Source: Nitrospirota bacterium (GTDB lineage Bacteria > Nitrospirota > UBA9217). From it: a stretch of 64,000 nucleotides of DNA. This document shows positions 10,339-20,267 of the stretch, piece by piece. The notes below the pieces were generated by a model. The model saw only the letters and a list, made by a program, of their open reading frames with translations, was not told where the DNA came from and did no database searches. The stretch lies in contig CAWJQQ010000009.1 of the NCBI GenBank assembly GCA_963845065.1, forward strand, positions 896,001-960,000. The letters run 5' to 3'. Every line of letters starts with the position of its first letter. The stretch's first letter is position 1. The position numbers and the translations under genes are program-made.

Positions 10339-11190
10339 ATGCTGATAGACAATCTCGGAAGACATCACTCTTTGCAGACATTCGCGAATCTAACTTATTT
10401 TTCTGAGTGGAGACGTGTGGCATTATCCTTCTGCATTTCGTTCATTCTTTTTTGTGCCGTAGGTCTGACGTGCGGTTGGTATTGTTCGAATCTGACTATA
10501 TCACAGCCGAATCTCCTATTTATTCGGAATTCTATAAGAAGGCTTGAGAGAATTCTTGGTTTCGGCTTGATAATGATACTCGTTATTGTGCCCACATTCG
10601 GTAATCGAACGGCACTTTACGCCGGAGAGCCGGTTATCTTGCCGCAGCCTAAAAGTTCCATCACTTGTCCAAAGCAGGAGTCCTCTCCCCCCCTGCCTAT
10701 CTATCACATCCCGCTGCGTGCCCACCTTAATGAGAGCGCGAGGTCCACTGCTGCTTTTACAGAAATATTAGAAGAGATCAATTATATCTGGTGGTCTCAG
10801 GCCGGCATTTGCTTCGAGATGCAGGTCGTGATGAATGATGATGTGAAGTCACAAGGATTCGATATCTGGTTCGTGCCCCGGATAGACGATAGCGACAGCA
10901 TAAATGGCGTCTACAGCGGTGGGCACTCGATTTACGTGAGGGATACGCCGATCCTTAGAGCAGCGCCAAGGTCTGCACAACACCCAACTGCCCGAACAGC
11001 TGCACACGAACTCGGCCATGCTCTGGGCCTTCCTCACAGACAGGACTCCGATGACAATCTTATGCGGTCCAAAACATTTGGTTGGCAGTTGAACAGGGAA
11101 GAGATCGCTATCGCTCGGAAGGCCGCTGCTAGCCGAGCCATCATGAACAATGTCGAGCCCTTCTGCGGCTCGATTCAGGTCAAACCCTGA
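10339..11190 (+). CDS. matrixin-like zinc metalloprotease (true start probably later, near 10573)
   Basis: HELGHALGLPH zinc motif plus 'NLM' Met-turn. Confidence 0.8.
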   Translation: MLIDNLGRHHSLQTFANLTYFSEWRRVALSFCISFILFCAVGLTCGWYCSNLTISQPNLLFIRNSIRRLERILGFGLIMILVIVPTFGNRTALYAGEPVILPQPKSSITCPKQESSPPLPIYHIPLRAHLNESARSTAAFTEILEEINYIWWSQAGICFEMQVVMNDDVKSQGFDIWFVPRIDDSDSINGVYSGGHSIYVRDTPILRAAPRSAQHPTARTAAHELGHALGLPHRQDSDDNLMRSKTFGWQLNREEIAIARKAAASRAIMNNVEPFCGSIQVKP

Positions 11191-11590
11191 TGAAATCATA
11201 TTATGAGATTTTTTTAGGTAGTGCAATCCGAAACACGAATGACTATTCTTGATACCGCATTCTCCTCATCAGTAATTCATTTAATTATTCAGGTACACTT
11301 TTTTAACCGATCGATCACAGACTGCGTCGAGCTTTATGTTTCTACATCTGATCCACCAAGAGTGTCCCAGGGATTCTCCTACTTTCAAATAATCGTATAA
11401 TTCTCTCGTTTCGCCTTTCCTGTATAAATGTTTCTTACGCTTCACTAACAGCCATATCAAGACAAATTCTACTGGTTTCCCGATAATTATAAATAGCCGT
11501 AACTATCGTTATATGATCTGGCCTGATAGATTCTTTATATACTGGAAGAAAACGAAAAATAGTATCGATCGTAAAAAGGAGGAGGACCGT

Positions 11591-11713
11591 ATGAAGTTGG
11601 TTGGGATTTCAATATTATTTATTGTCTTATGGCTGGTCGTATGCATGCCTGAACTTAACAGTGTTTCGCAGTCTACGAAAGAGGGATTTAAGATTTACAT
11701 TCAGTTTTGGTAG
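11591..11713 (+). CDS. 40-aa small membrane protein
   Basis: Strong AGGAGGAGG RBS; hydrophobic N-terminal helix. Confidence 0.45.
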   Translation: MKLVGISILFIVLWLVVCMPELNSVSQSTKEGFKIYIQFW

Positions 11714-12127
11714 GGCGAATGAGGTCAGGTAATAAATCCACCTTAGCGGTCAAATTCTCGTTAGGTGTGTATAGCCCTTCACGTGCTAGGCGGAAACCGA
11801 GATTGCTACGAACTGTTTTATATCAGACTTAAAAAAGGGAACCCGTATGGTCCCGATGCTATAACTTTTGCTCGTACACTAAACATCATGGTGATATAAT
11901 ATAACCAGATATAAAAAAGAATATACAATAAAAAAACCGGAATAGAGTATGGTCTGTGAAAGGTGATATCAAGTATCTATATCTATGCATTATTAATAAT
12001 TATATAAATGTCACTAATAGTGACTTTAAAAAGGAGTTTAGTTTTACACATTGTACGGATATGTAAGCTTGCAGTTGACGAGCAAGAGCTAAATTTATCA
12101 TCCTAAGATATTATATCGGAAAATATT

Positions 12128-12152
12128 TAACTTTTTATTACCAGCGTTGTCT
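12128..12152 (+). promoter_or_regulatory. ECF-type promoter TAAC-N16-TGTCT
   Basis: AAC-N16-[CT]GT pattern upstream of a secreted-protein operon. Confidence 0.35.
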
Positions 12153-12228
12153 AGTCATATAGTAAAAGTATTAAAGAGTGAAGGCTATATTCCCAGGACA
12201 ATAACAACGGAGGAAGGGGGAGTTGAAC

Positions 12229-12573
12229 ATGAAAAGGATAATTTATCTCTTTATATTTATTATTGTACTCCTCCTTGTAGGCGTGTTGCCGGTGTATGCG
12301 CATGGAGGCGGCTTTGTGAGGGGTAGTATTTGGATCGGCCCAGTATGGCCATGGTGGGGGTGGGGCGCACCTGCCTATCCTTATTACTACGCGGAGCCGC
12401 CCGTTATGCAGCAACAAGCTCCAATATATGAACAACAGGCTCCGATAGAGGAACAACAGAGTTACTGGTATTTCTGTCCGGAATCCAAGGCTTATTACCC
12501 AGATGTGAAACAATGTCCCGGCGGCTGGGTGAAGGTTGTTCCAACTCCAGGTCCACCAAAGGGTAGGGAGTGA
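12229..12573 (+). CDS. secreted Pro/Tyr-rich hypothetical protein
   Basis: Signal peptide; 'YWYFC....AYYP.V.QCPGGW.KV' motif. Confidence 0.8.
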   Translation: MKRIIYLFIFIIVLLLVGVLPVYAHGGGFVRGSIWIGPVWPWWGWGAPAYPYYYAEPPVMQQQAPIYEQQAPIEEQQSYWYFCPESKAYYPDVKQCPGGWVKVVPTPGPPKGRE

Positions 12574-12580
12574 AGACATC

Positions 12581-13138
12581 ATGAGGACATACAATAGAAG
12601 CATCTTGGTATCTTTCGCTCTGCTAGTACTGGGAGGATGTGCGACCATCCCGACTGGTCCCAGCATAATGGTTTTGCCGCCTCCGGGCAAGCCATTTGAT
12701 ATGTTCCAGGCGGAGGACAGTATGTGCAGGCAATGGGCACGACAGCAAATCGGGCTCACTCCACAGGAGACGGCTAATCAAAATACAGCAGCAGGGGCCG
12801 CGGTCGGCACCGCTATAGGAGCAGGTCTCGGAGCGGCTATTGGGGCTGCTTCAGGCCAGGCAGGCGCAGGTGCGGTGATTGGCGCTGCTAGCGGGCTTCT
12901 CATCGGCACGGCCTCAGGTGCAAACTCGGGAGAGTTTTATGGAGAGGAGGCTCAGCGTCGGTATGATATTGCATATGAACAGTGCATGTATGCAAATGGG
13001 AATATCGTTCCAGGAGTGAGATATTATCGCGTTCAGAAGATTCCTCCACCACCACCCCCGCCAAACATGAATTCCGCACCGCCCGATTTGTCACAGCCTC
13101 ATCTCGCACCGCCGACACCTACTCCTCCAGCACAATAG
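12581..13138 (+). CDS. glycine-zipper (YMGG-like) lipoprotein
   Basis: Lipobox LGGC; GxxxG repeats; 'RRYDIAYEQCMYANG'. Confidence 0.85.
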   Translation: MRTYNRSILVSFALLVLGGCATIPTGPSIMVLPPPGKPFDMFQAEDSMCRQWARQQIGLTPQETANQNTAAGAAVGTAIGAGLGAAIGAASGQAGAGAVIGAASGLLIGTASGANSGEFYGEEAQRRYDIAYEQCMYANGNIVPGVRYYRVQKIPPPPPPPNMNSAPPDLSQPHLAPPTPTPPAQ

Positions 13139-13479
13139 TTAAGGTTGAGAAGCGGCCAGGCAAAAATACTTGTAAGGTTATCGTTTCCTCTACATACTGA
13201 AGCCATTTGGGAGAATCTCATTTGGGGTTTGCTTCTCGACGGGGTAAAGAGGAGTGAAGAGTTCACTTCGTAGTTTCAAAATGCGGACGTAGGTAAGATG
13301 CAGTGTCAGCTAGAATTTATACTGTAACAGCACTTCTAAATTCCTTTATCGCGCTGGCAGAAGAAGTCAACTGCACAGCAATCTATCCCCTGGTTAAAGC
13401 CAGGTTTTTCTTGCTGCTAAGGCGTCCGTAGAATTGGGCTGGCAATATAGGCCTCATTTCTGAAGGTCGCCCTTATTAC

Positions 13480-14226
13480 CAAACTATCCGCAGAAAGCCC
13501 CTGGTTTTAACCATGGGGATGAATGCGGGAACTTTGTTTTTCAGCAATTGCTGGACAAATGTACATCTATATGGTATAGTTGAGCAATCAATGCCAGATA
13601 AACTTAAAACTCCAACATTTATCCACGAGTTTCAACTCGTAACAACCCCAAAAGACAATCGAATGCTTACGAGAAACTGTCGTACAGAGCATTCCAGAAA
13701 CTCTATGGTAAAAGTATTTCACGACGCGCTCCGGGGATGTTTATTTCGATGCTTCGCCGTAAAGCCGAAAACGCTGGCGGTAAAGTAACTGAATTTTCTA
13801 CCCGGAGCACGAAGCTTTCAGAGACATGCCACTGCGGGGAAGTAGCCAAAAAACCGCTATCCCAACGGTGGCATGACTGTAACTGCGGGGTAAACACTCA
13901 ACGCGATCTCTACTCCGCATATCTTGCAAAATATGTTTTTGAAAATGTCCTCGACACGCGTCAAGCCGCAGCAGCTTGGCCGGGTGCAAACCTGCTCCTG
14001 GAACGGGCGGTGTTGAGGGTGCAGCATGAAGCGGCAAATGGCCGGATTCATCCGGCCAGCTTCGGTATTAACAACATGAGAGCCAACACCACGAACCGGA
14101 GACAGAGTTGCTTGCCCGTTAAAAACGGATCAACGATAGTCGATGCCGGCAACGTCTGTATTGTTGCCGAAAAGCCTGTCGGTATTGCAGTTAGAACCCC
14201 CTGTCTTTAGACATGGGGTAGGTCAG
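13480..14226 (+). mobile_element. internally deleted tnpB-type IS200/IS605 element
   Basis: TTAC target, AAAG+CCCCTGG..CATGGGG left hairpin; about 80 bp of tnpB 5' end fused at 13670 to a 556-bp 3' end nearly identical to 21399-21954; ends TCAG. Confidence 0.9.
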
Positions 14227-15818
14227 GAGGAATAGTGAAAAAGATTTTCGTTTGGTTTTGTGCCTGTGATAATATGCTCAGCATTCCACCAGCCTCCGCC
14301 GAGAGCTACAAATAGGGCGGCTGTATCCTGATAACGCTGGGCTAGAGCCTGGAGATACCCGATCTTTGCCTGATGGTACTGGCCATCTGCAAGAAGAACC
14401 TGAACATAGTTGGCTGTGCCAGCCTGGTAGTTCGCTTGAACTAACCGAAGCGTTTCTTCCGTCGTATTGAGAGCATGAGACTGTGCACGTACCAACTCAG
14501 CGTCATGTTCCAGCGCACGCAGAGTATCGGCAACTTGGGCAAAAGCGCTGAGAACGACCTGCCGGTAATTTGCCAATGAAAGCTGATAGGCATCAAGTTC
14601 GGCTTGGCGTCCGAACCACAACGTTCCACCGCGGAATAGGGGGGCATCAATGTTTGCACCCAAGTTCCAGAAATTGCTGTTACTTTTGAAGAGGTTACCG
14701 GTTTTATTACTTGCGACACCGTAGGATCCGTTCAACGTAAAGCTGGGGAATAATGCCGCAGTGGCCACGCCAATTTCGGCGCTTGCACTATGGAGCTGTG
14801 CCTCAGCAGCAAGAATGTCGGGACGTTGGCGAACGAATTGCGAGGGTAGTGTTATCGGCAGATCGCCGGGCAGCGTCAGATCCGCCAATTCTACCTGTTG
14901 CGGAACCCACTCTGCAGGTGTACGTCCCACCAGCGTTGCAAGTAAGTGCTCGGTCTGGCTTATGTTCTGCCGGAGTGGCGGAAGCGTAGCTTCATATAAG
15001 GCAAGCTGACTCTCGAGGCTAAGTACGTTCGAGTACGGAACCGTTCCCGCTTTTGCCAGTACTTCGGTAAGCTTGATTTGTTCCCGTTGTAGATCGATCA
15101 GTTGCTCTGTGGCCTTGATCTGTTCTTGATAACCAGCCTTCGCTATCATGGCGTTAACAACATTGCCAGATAGGGTTATGTATGTTGCCATGACCTCAGC
15201 ATGTTGAAAATCCACTTGGGCGCCGAGACTTTCCAAGGCACGGCGTTCTCCGCCGAAAATATCGAGGGTATAGCTGACCGTAGCAGAAAGGGTGAACAGA
15301 TTAAAGATGCTGCTGGGGGTAATTCCTCCCTCAGCGGCAGAAGAGGTTTTTTGCCGAGACGCTCCCAAGCCGGCTTCCAATTGGGGATAAAATATACCAT
15401 AGCCTGCGCGAAGGTTATTTTGGCTTTGGCGCAGACCAGCCTGCGCTGCCAGCAAGTTCTGATTATTAGCGATGGCCTCTTTTACGACTGCGTCGAGCTT
15501 GGGAGAGTTAAAAAGCCGCCACCAATCCGAAACGATCTTGGCACCCTGTTCAAAGTTCTGCGCCTTGCCGTCCGCAGGTATAGTCTCGGTTGTCATTGTC
15601 CCAGTGGTGTAGCTCTCGATTGATGGAGGTTTGGGACGCTCAAAATTCGGCCCCACGGCGCAGCTGAGTATGCAGCATAGCAATACGGCGCATAGCCCCT
15701 TAAGTGCAGCCATCACCGAACTCTTGATATTGGCCTTCTTCGGTGTTTTCGGGCAGTTTGTCAGTCTCTGTCGATACAACGGCATTGATCTTCCCCGGAA
15801 AATATTTTTTGCGTTCAT
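14223..15818 (-). CDS. outer-membrane efflux lipoprotein (NodT/TolC family)
   Basis: 'SCAVGP' lipobox, 'WWRLFNSPKL', 'RPDILAAE', 'ALGGGW'. Confidence 0.93.
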   Translation of the reverse strand: MNAKNIFRGRSMPLYRQRLTNCPKTPKKANIKSSVMAALKGLCAVLLCCILSCAVGPNFERPKPPSIESYTTGTMTTETIPADGKAQNFEQGAKIVSDWWRLFNSPKLDAVVKEAIANNQNLLAAQAGLRQSQNNLRAGYGIFYPQLEAGLGASRQKTSSAAEGGITPSSIFNLFTLSATVSYTLDIFGGERRALESLGAQVDFQHAEVMATYITLSGNVVNAMIAKAGYQEQIKATEQLIDLQREQIKLTEVLAKAGTVPYSNVLSLESQLALYEATLPPLRQNISQTEHLLATLVGRTPAEWVPQQVELADLTLPGDLPITLPSQFVRQRPDILAAEAQLHSASAEIGVATAALFPSFTLNGSYGVASNKTGNLFKSNSNFWNLGANIDAPLFRGGTLWFGRQAELDAYQLSLANYRQVVLSAFAQVADTLRALEHDAELVRAQSHALNTTEETLRLVQANYQAGTANYVQVLLADGQYHQAKIGYLQALAQRYQDTAALFVALGGGWWNAEHIITGTKPNENLFHYSS

Positions 15819-16774
15819 TGCTGCGTGCCGGTACTTGTTGTCTCATTTTTTTCTGCAACATAAACATCCACCAGTTCACCTGGATAAACATTGACATCTT
15901 TTGGCTTCTTAAATCTGAATATCACCGGCAATACTCTTACATCCACCGTTTCAAGCTTTTCATCCGATAATTCAATTTTAGGTGTTACATAAGGCTGTAT
16001 CCGCACGTATTCAAGAGGAATGCTGATATTCGTGCCTCGAATAAACATTAGCGCGTGCATTTGTGACGCTTCAGGCAGTCTGGATATGAGTATCTCGTCG
16101 ATGTAACATCTGACACCGATATAGGTTTGTGAACTTCCTATGACAAGGATGGGGTCAAATCCCTGCGTATAGGAATCATACGTGCCTTGCGCGGATATGT
16201 AACTGCCGACTGTAGCATTGATCGCTAGAATAGCGCCATCAACGGGTGCCTTTACTGTGTACTTATACAGCAGCGCTTGGGCGAGTTCGTACTGTTTCTG
16301 CGCTAGATCGATATTTGCTTTTGCCACTTTGACCGCGTTGACCGCGTTATCCAGGTCGTTTTTAGCCACAGATCTCGGGTCCAGTTCATATGACTTACTT
16401 AGTTTGTCCAGTTGGTCCTGAACGTTTTTGAGATTTGCGAGCGCAAGCTCTATCTGTGATTTCTGCTGCTCAACAGTTGCCCGCTGGACGGAATCCTCGA
16501 TATGGAACAAGGGAGAACCTTTTTTTATGATTGCTCCCTCGGAAACCAGGAATTGTATGATAACTCCCGGAACCTCTGGATATATATTAATGTTTTCGCC
16601 GGTTCCTTGATAGCTTTCAACCATGCCGTTGGCATATATGCCTTTTGCATAGGGATTGGAAGCCGGATTGAACGCCGGAGGCAGGGACTTTTGCTCTATA
16701 CCGAATATGTAGGCACTCCCGATGCCGATCAGCAGGCCGACGACCGCAGCGATGAATATCACCTTATTCCTCAC
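15815..16774 (-). CDS. efflux periplasmic adaptor (MFP, DevB/HlyD-like)
   Basis: N-terminal TM, lipoyl halves, coiled coil, 'VKAPVDG'. Confidence 0.9.
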   Translation of the reverse strand: MRNKVIFIAAVVGLLIGIGSAYIFGIEQKSLPPAFNPASNPYAKGIYANGMVESYQGTGENINIYPEVPGVIIQFLVSEGAIIKKGSPLFHIEDSVQRATVEQQKSQIELALANLKNVQDQLDKLSKSYELDPRSVAKNDLDNAVNAVKVAKANIDLAQKQYELAQALLYKYTVKAPVDGAILAINATVGSYISAQGTYDSYTQGFDPILVIGSSQTYIGVRCYIDEILISRLPEASQMHALMFIRGTNISIPLEYVRIQPYVTPKIELSDEKLETVDVRVLPVIFRFKKPKDVNVYPGELVDVYVAEKNETTSTGTQQ

Positions 16775-17468
16775 GTTGTTCTCCTTTTACAATGCCGGTG
16801 ATTCTGCCATCCTCCATTTTCATGATCCTGTCGGCGTATTCAAATATCCTGCTGTCGTGGGTAACGATAATGATACATCGGTTCTCGTTCAGGATATTTT
16901 TTTTGACGAAATCCAGGATTTTCCTGCCGGTGTCACCGTCCAGCGATGCGGTCGGCTCGTCGAATATCAGGATATCGGGGCCGCTCGCGATCGCTCTTGC
17001 AATCGCTACCCGTTGCTGCTCCCCGCCACTTAATTTGACCGGCGGGAGATCTGCGCGGTTTTTTATCCCCACGATGTCCAGATACTCTATGGCTTTGTCC
17101 ATGGATTCATTCCAGTCACGCCTTTTCAGGATAAGGGGGATCGCCACGTTTTCAGCCGTTGTAAGCCGCGGAAAGAGGTGGTAATCCTGAAATACGAATC
17201 CAACCTTGTTCAACCTGAAATCTGCGATTTGATCACCGGTCATGTTCCAGATATCCTTGTCCTCGACCAGTACCGACCCAGAATTCGGCCTGAGAATTCC
17301 TGAGATCAGGCTCAACAGGGTTGTCTTACCGCTCCCTGAGGGGCCCTCGATGTAAAACATTTCCCCAAAGTTGGCTTCAAAACTTACACCTTTGACAGCA
17401 ACCGTTTTCGTTTCTCCTTCGCCGAACCATTTTACCAGTTCCTGGGCTTTTACCGCCAGATTGGCCAT
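16764..17468 (-). CDS. ABC transporter ATP-binding protein (DevA/LolD-like)
   Basis: GPSGSGKT, LSGGEQQR, DEPT, H-loop. Confidence 0.95.
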   Translation of the reverse strand: MANLAVKAQELVKWFGEGETKTVAVKGVSFEANFGEMFYIEGPSGSGKTTLLSLISGILRPNSGSVLVEDKDIWNMTGDQIADFRLNKVGFVFQDYHLFPRLTTAENVAIPLILKRRDWNESMDKAIEYLDIVGIKNRADLPPVKLSGGEQQRVAIARAIASGPDILIFDEPTASLDGDTGRKILDFVKKNILNENRCIIIVTHDSRIFEYADRIMKMEDGRITGIVKGEQREE

Positions 17469-17473
17469 ATTAT

Positions 17474-18610
17474 CTATCCTCTAAAAATGTCGAATGGCTC
17501 TATCTTGAGTACTTTTCTAATACCGATATAACTTGACATACCTGCAATGATCACGACCATGATAAAGGCGAAACCGAGATTTCCGTACGTTACTCTGGCT
17601 GCGTAGCTTGGCAGCCTGAGTCTTGCGATCGTGATCAGGATGGACGCGAGGCCGATACCTAGGCCGTAGCTGGTAAGAGCCGTAAATGTCGCTTGGAATA
17701 GGATCATAAAGACCAGTTCCCTCGCCTTTGCTCCAATCGCTTTTAAAGCACCGAATCTCTCCAGATTTTCCAGGATAAAGGTGTAAAAAGTCTGGCCTGA
17801 AATGGATAAGCCCACGATGAAACTTATTACCGTCATGATGAGTGTATTGGTGCCGAGACCGGTCCGGTATTTATAAAAATTGGAAGTCTTAGCGATAAAC
17901 TCCTCTTTCGTCAGCGCCAGGTATCCAAGCTGAGTTACCTGTTTCTTGATATACGGGACTGCGTCGCTGCTCTTCGGATCAACTAGAACAAATGCGGAGG
18001 TAAATCTCATGGACGGTATATAGGTGATGGCCCTATTATACGTGGTGTAGAGGGTCGGCACTCCAAACAAGCTGCCGGTAGTGACTTTTGCAATACCGAC
18101 AATAACTCCCCGGTGGTCGTTTAACTCAAATTCGGTGCCTACCCGGGGATTACCGAGCTTGGGAAACTCCGAATCTTTAACGACAAGAAAAGCATTTTCT
18201 GCATAGATATCATTGATATCCCCCTCGAGTAGTGCAGGCCTGCCATACAGGCTGTCGTCGTCAAGCCCGAGGACCGTCACAGATTGATAAACGCCACCGC
18301 GCAGCTTTACAAGAGCCCCACCGGAATATAGTGGTACTGCGTATTTGACGCCACTAATGCTCCGTACCGCGTCCAATATATAAGCCGGCATTGGGATGAC
18401 GTTCTGCGGGGTATTGACCGCCGGATCCATCACCCAGATCTTGGCGCCTATGTTTAGCACCACGGCAGATGCGCGGTGTAGGATGCCGGAAAACATCGCG
18501 GTCATCATGACCATCAAAAATACAGCAAAGGTTATACCAACGAGCAAAGCGGCGAATTTACCCTTGTCATTCACTAACAGCTTAAACGCGATTTTGAGGA
18601 TCCCTTTCAC
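17474..18610 (-). CDS. ABC transporter permease (DevC/FtsX-like)
   Basis: MacB-type topology; 'RFGALKAIGA'. Confidence 0.92.
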   Translation of the reverse strand: MKGILKIAFKLLVNDKGKFAALLVGITFAVFLMVMMTAMFSGILHRASAVVLNIGAKIWVMDPAVNTPQNVIPMPAYILDAVRSISGVKYAVPLYSGGALVKLRGGVYQSVTVLGLDDDSLYGRPALLEGDINDIYAENAFLVVKDSEFPKLGNPRVGTEFELNDHRGVIVGIAKVTTGSLFGVPTLYTTYNRAITYIPSMRFTSAFVLVDPKSSDAVPYIKKQVTQLGYLALTKEEFIAKTSNFYKYRTGLGTNTLIMTVISFIVGLSISGQTFYTFILENLERFGALKAIGAKARELVFMILFQATFTALTSYGLGIGLASILITIARLRLPSYAARVTYGNLGFAFIMVVIIAGMSSYIGIRKVLKIEPFDIFRG

Positions 18611-18638
18611 TGATGTTCTCCATAACTCGAGGAACGGC

Positions 18639-18662
18639 GACGTCAGCGGAGGCGAACGGTTT
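18639..18662 (-). promoter_or_regulatory. ECF-type promoter AAAC-N16-CGTC
   Basis: Consensus spacing, about 30 bp upstream of the efflux operon. Confidence 0.4.
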
Positions 18663-20267
18663 GTTAGTGCTCCAGATCCTTACAGCAGTGTTTCATTGTA
18701 GAAGCTCTTATCTGAAAAGTAGCCAGAATACGACAGCCTCTTGTTATGTCTGAAGCTCACAAAGTATCGGTTTAGATCACAACATCTTCATGTTTTCAGT
18801 GAAAAGACTCTCACAAAAACATTATAGCACACACTTTCCAGTTCACCGATTAAAACTGGAGGCGTGACTCATTTTTTGTATTCTTTGATCGTAAAGCTGG
18901 TGTGTTTGTCCTGATAAATCACCACTCACGTGATATCTTCTAGTAATTCAAAACAATATATTGATCGTTATCGATAAATTGAAAGCAATTAATATAATGC
19001 TACTTAATGCAAGGCGACAGTGAAAACTCGGAGAGAGAAAAAAAATATATCACAGAGTTTGATTTTCATTGCTGTAATTTATGACACAAAAGCTTCGAAA
19101 AAGTTTAATCAGGCATTCTTTTAAGGCCAACAAACTTTTACCGCAAGTTGATCAACAACTTGTGAAGGTCTGCAAAGCGCGGAATCCAAGCTTTGGGCAG
19201 TTGGAAGCACCGACATCGGAAGTTGGCGATTAACCATCGTGATAAACTTGCCGTACATCGTGGCTGGGCAGGCCATTCCGTCGCAAGCGCCCTCGGACCA
19301 GGCAGGCGTTCGAACATTGTTTTCATTCGTGCCGACGATCTTGCTTTGAGCAAGGAGATGAAATACAGCTGAAGCGTTTTGCGATCGTAATTTTGGTGTT
19401 TGTCGCGCCTATGAGCCGGAATTGGTTTCTCGGTCGCAGTCCGCAAGACCCGTTATGCCCGACACCTACGTGTTAAAGCCATCTCATGAAGCAACCACCA
19501 GCTTCCAGTGCTATCGTAATGTATAGCAATGACGATAGCGTTCCTAACGAGATTTCGTTTAAGGATGGTCTTCCGGATCTGATACACTGTCCCGGGAAGA
19601 CATATAGAACGTTTTATAGTACGTGTAGGTTAGGACATCTGTATGACTATATATATAATAAAGCAGGTTATACGACGAAGAGCGCCGGTGCAAAAGTGGG
19701 TCTCGTGCCGGGTTCGGGCGTATTCCTGTCTATTCCAGATTGAAATGAACATTGATTCAACCCGTCCTACACCCAAATATCTAGATTATTATACAGCCGT
19801 CCATTTAGTTAGCGCTGTAGCATGGTAGTAGGTTATATACAGCAGAGTGCATGGATATTTTTTGAAGGACCATTTGCGACGCCATGCAAAGAGATCACTC
19901 AGGTGAATAAAGTACTCAAAAAAAAGAGCAGGCTGCCTCGCAGCTGCTTATCAACTGACGCGCTAATTTTCGCAAAATACTTGGCCGGTTTTCTCTGACA
20001 CGTACTTACATGCCGGTGACCGACTCTGCATCCAGTATTTATCCGGTGAAATACGTAATGCCGTTATATAGCACTTCGCCCGGTTCGCCTGAACTGAAGC
20101 CCCCCGAACTTGAACCTTCCACTACGTTAGCTTTCCGAGAAGCCTCAGAATGATCGGAATGGGAGAGAGTGCATTAGGTATGCAAAATGGGACATCTCTG
20201 AAGCGCTTCGAATTGGATTCGCGCAGCGCATACTTGACCGGATCCTTCATCACATCTAGAAAGTTAC

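Noticed and set aside
11457..11490. Fifth sigma28 promoter
   Set aside because: Spacing is 2 nt longer than the four consistent sites
13375..13420. Extra IS605 left-end-like hairpin on the minus strand
   Set aside because: Degenerate, with no matching right end found
19138..19446. Possible IS4-like transposase remnant
   Set aside because: Only a faint 'VGTNENNVR' resemblance; not supportable without a search
19870..20267. Gene interrupted by the tnpB element
   Set aside because: Protein-like frame across the empty site has stops and no recognisable family
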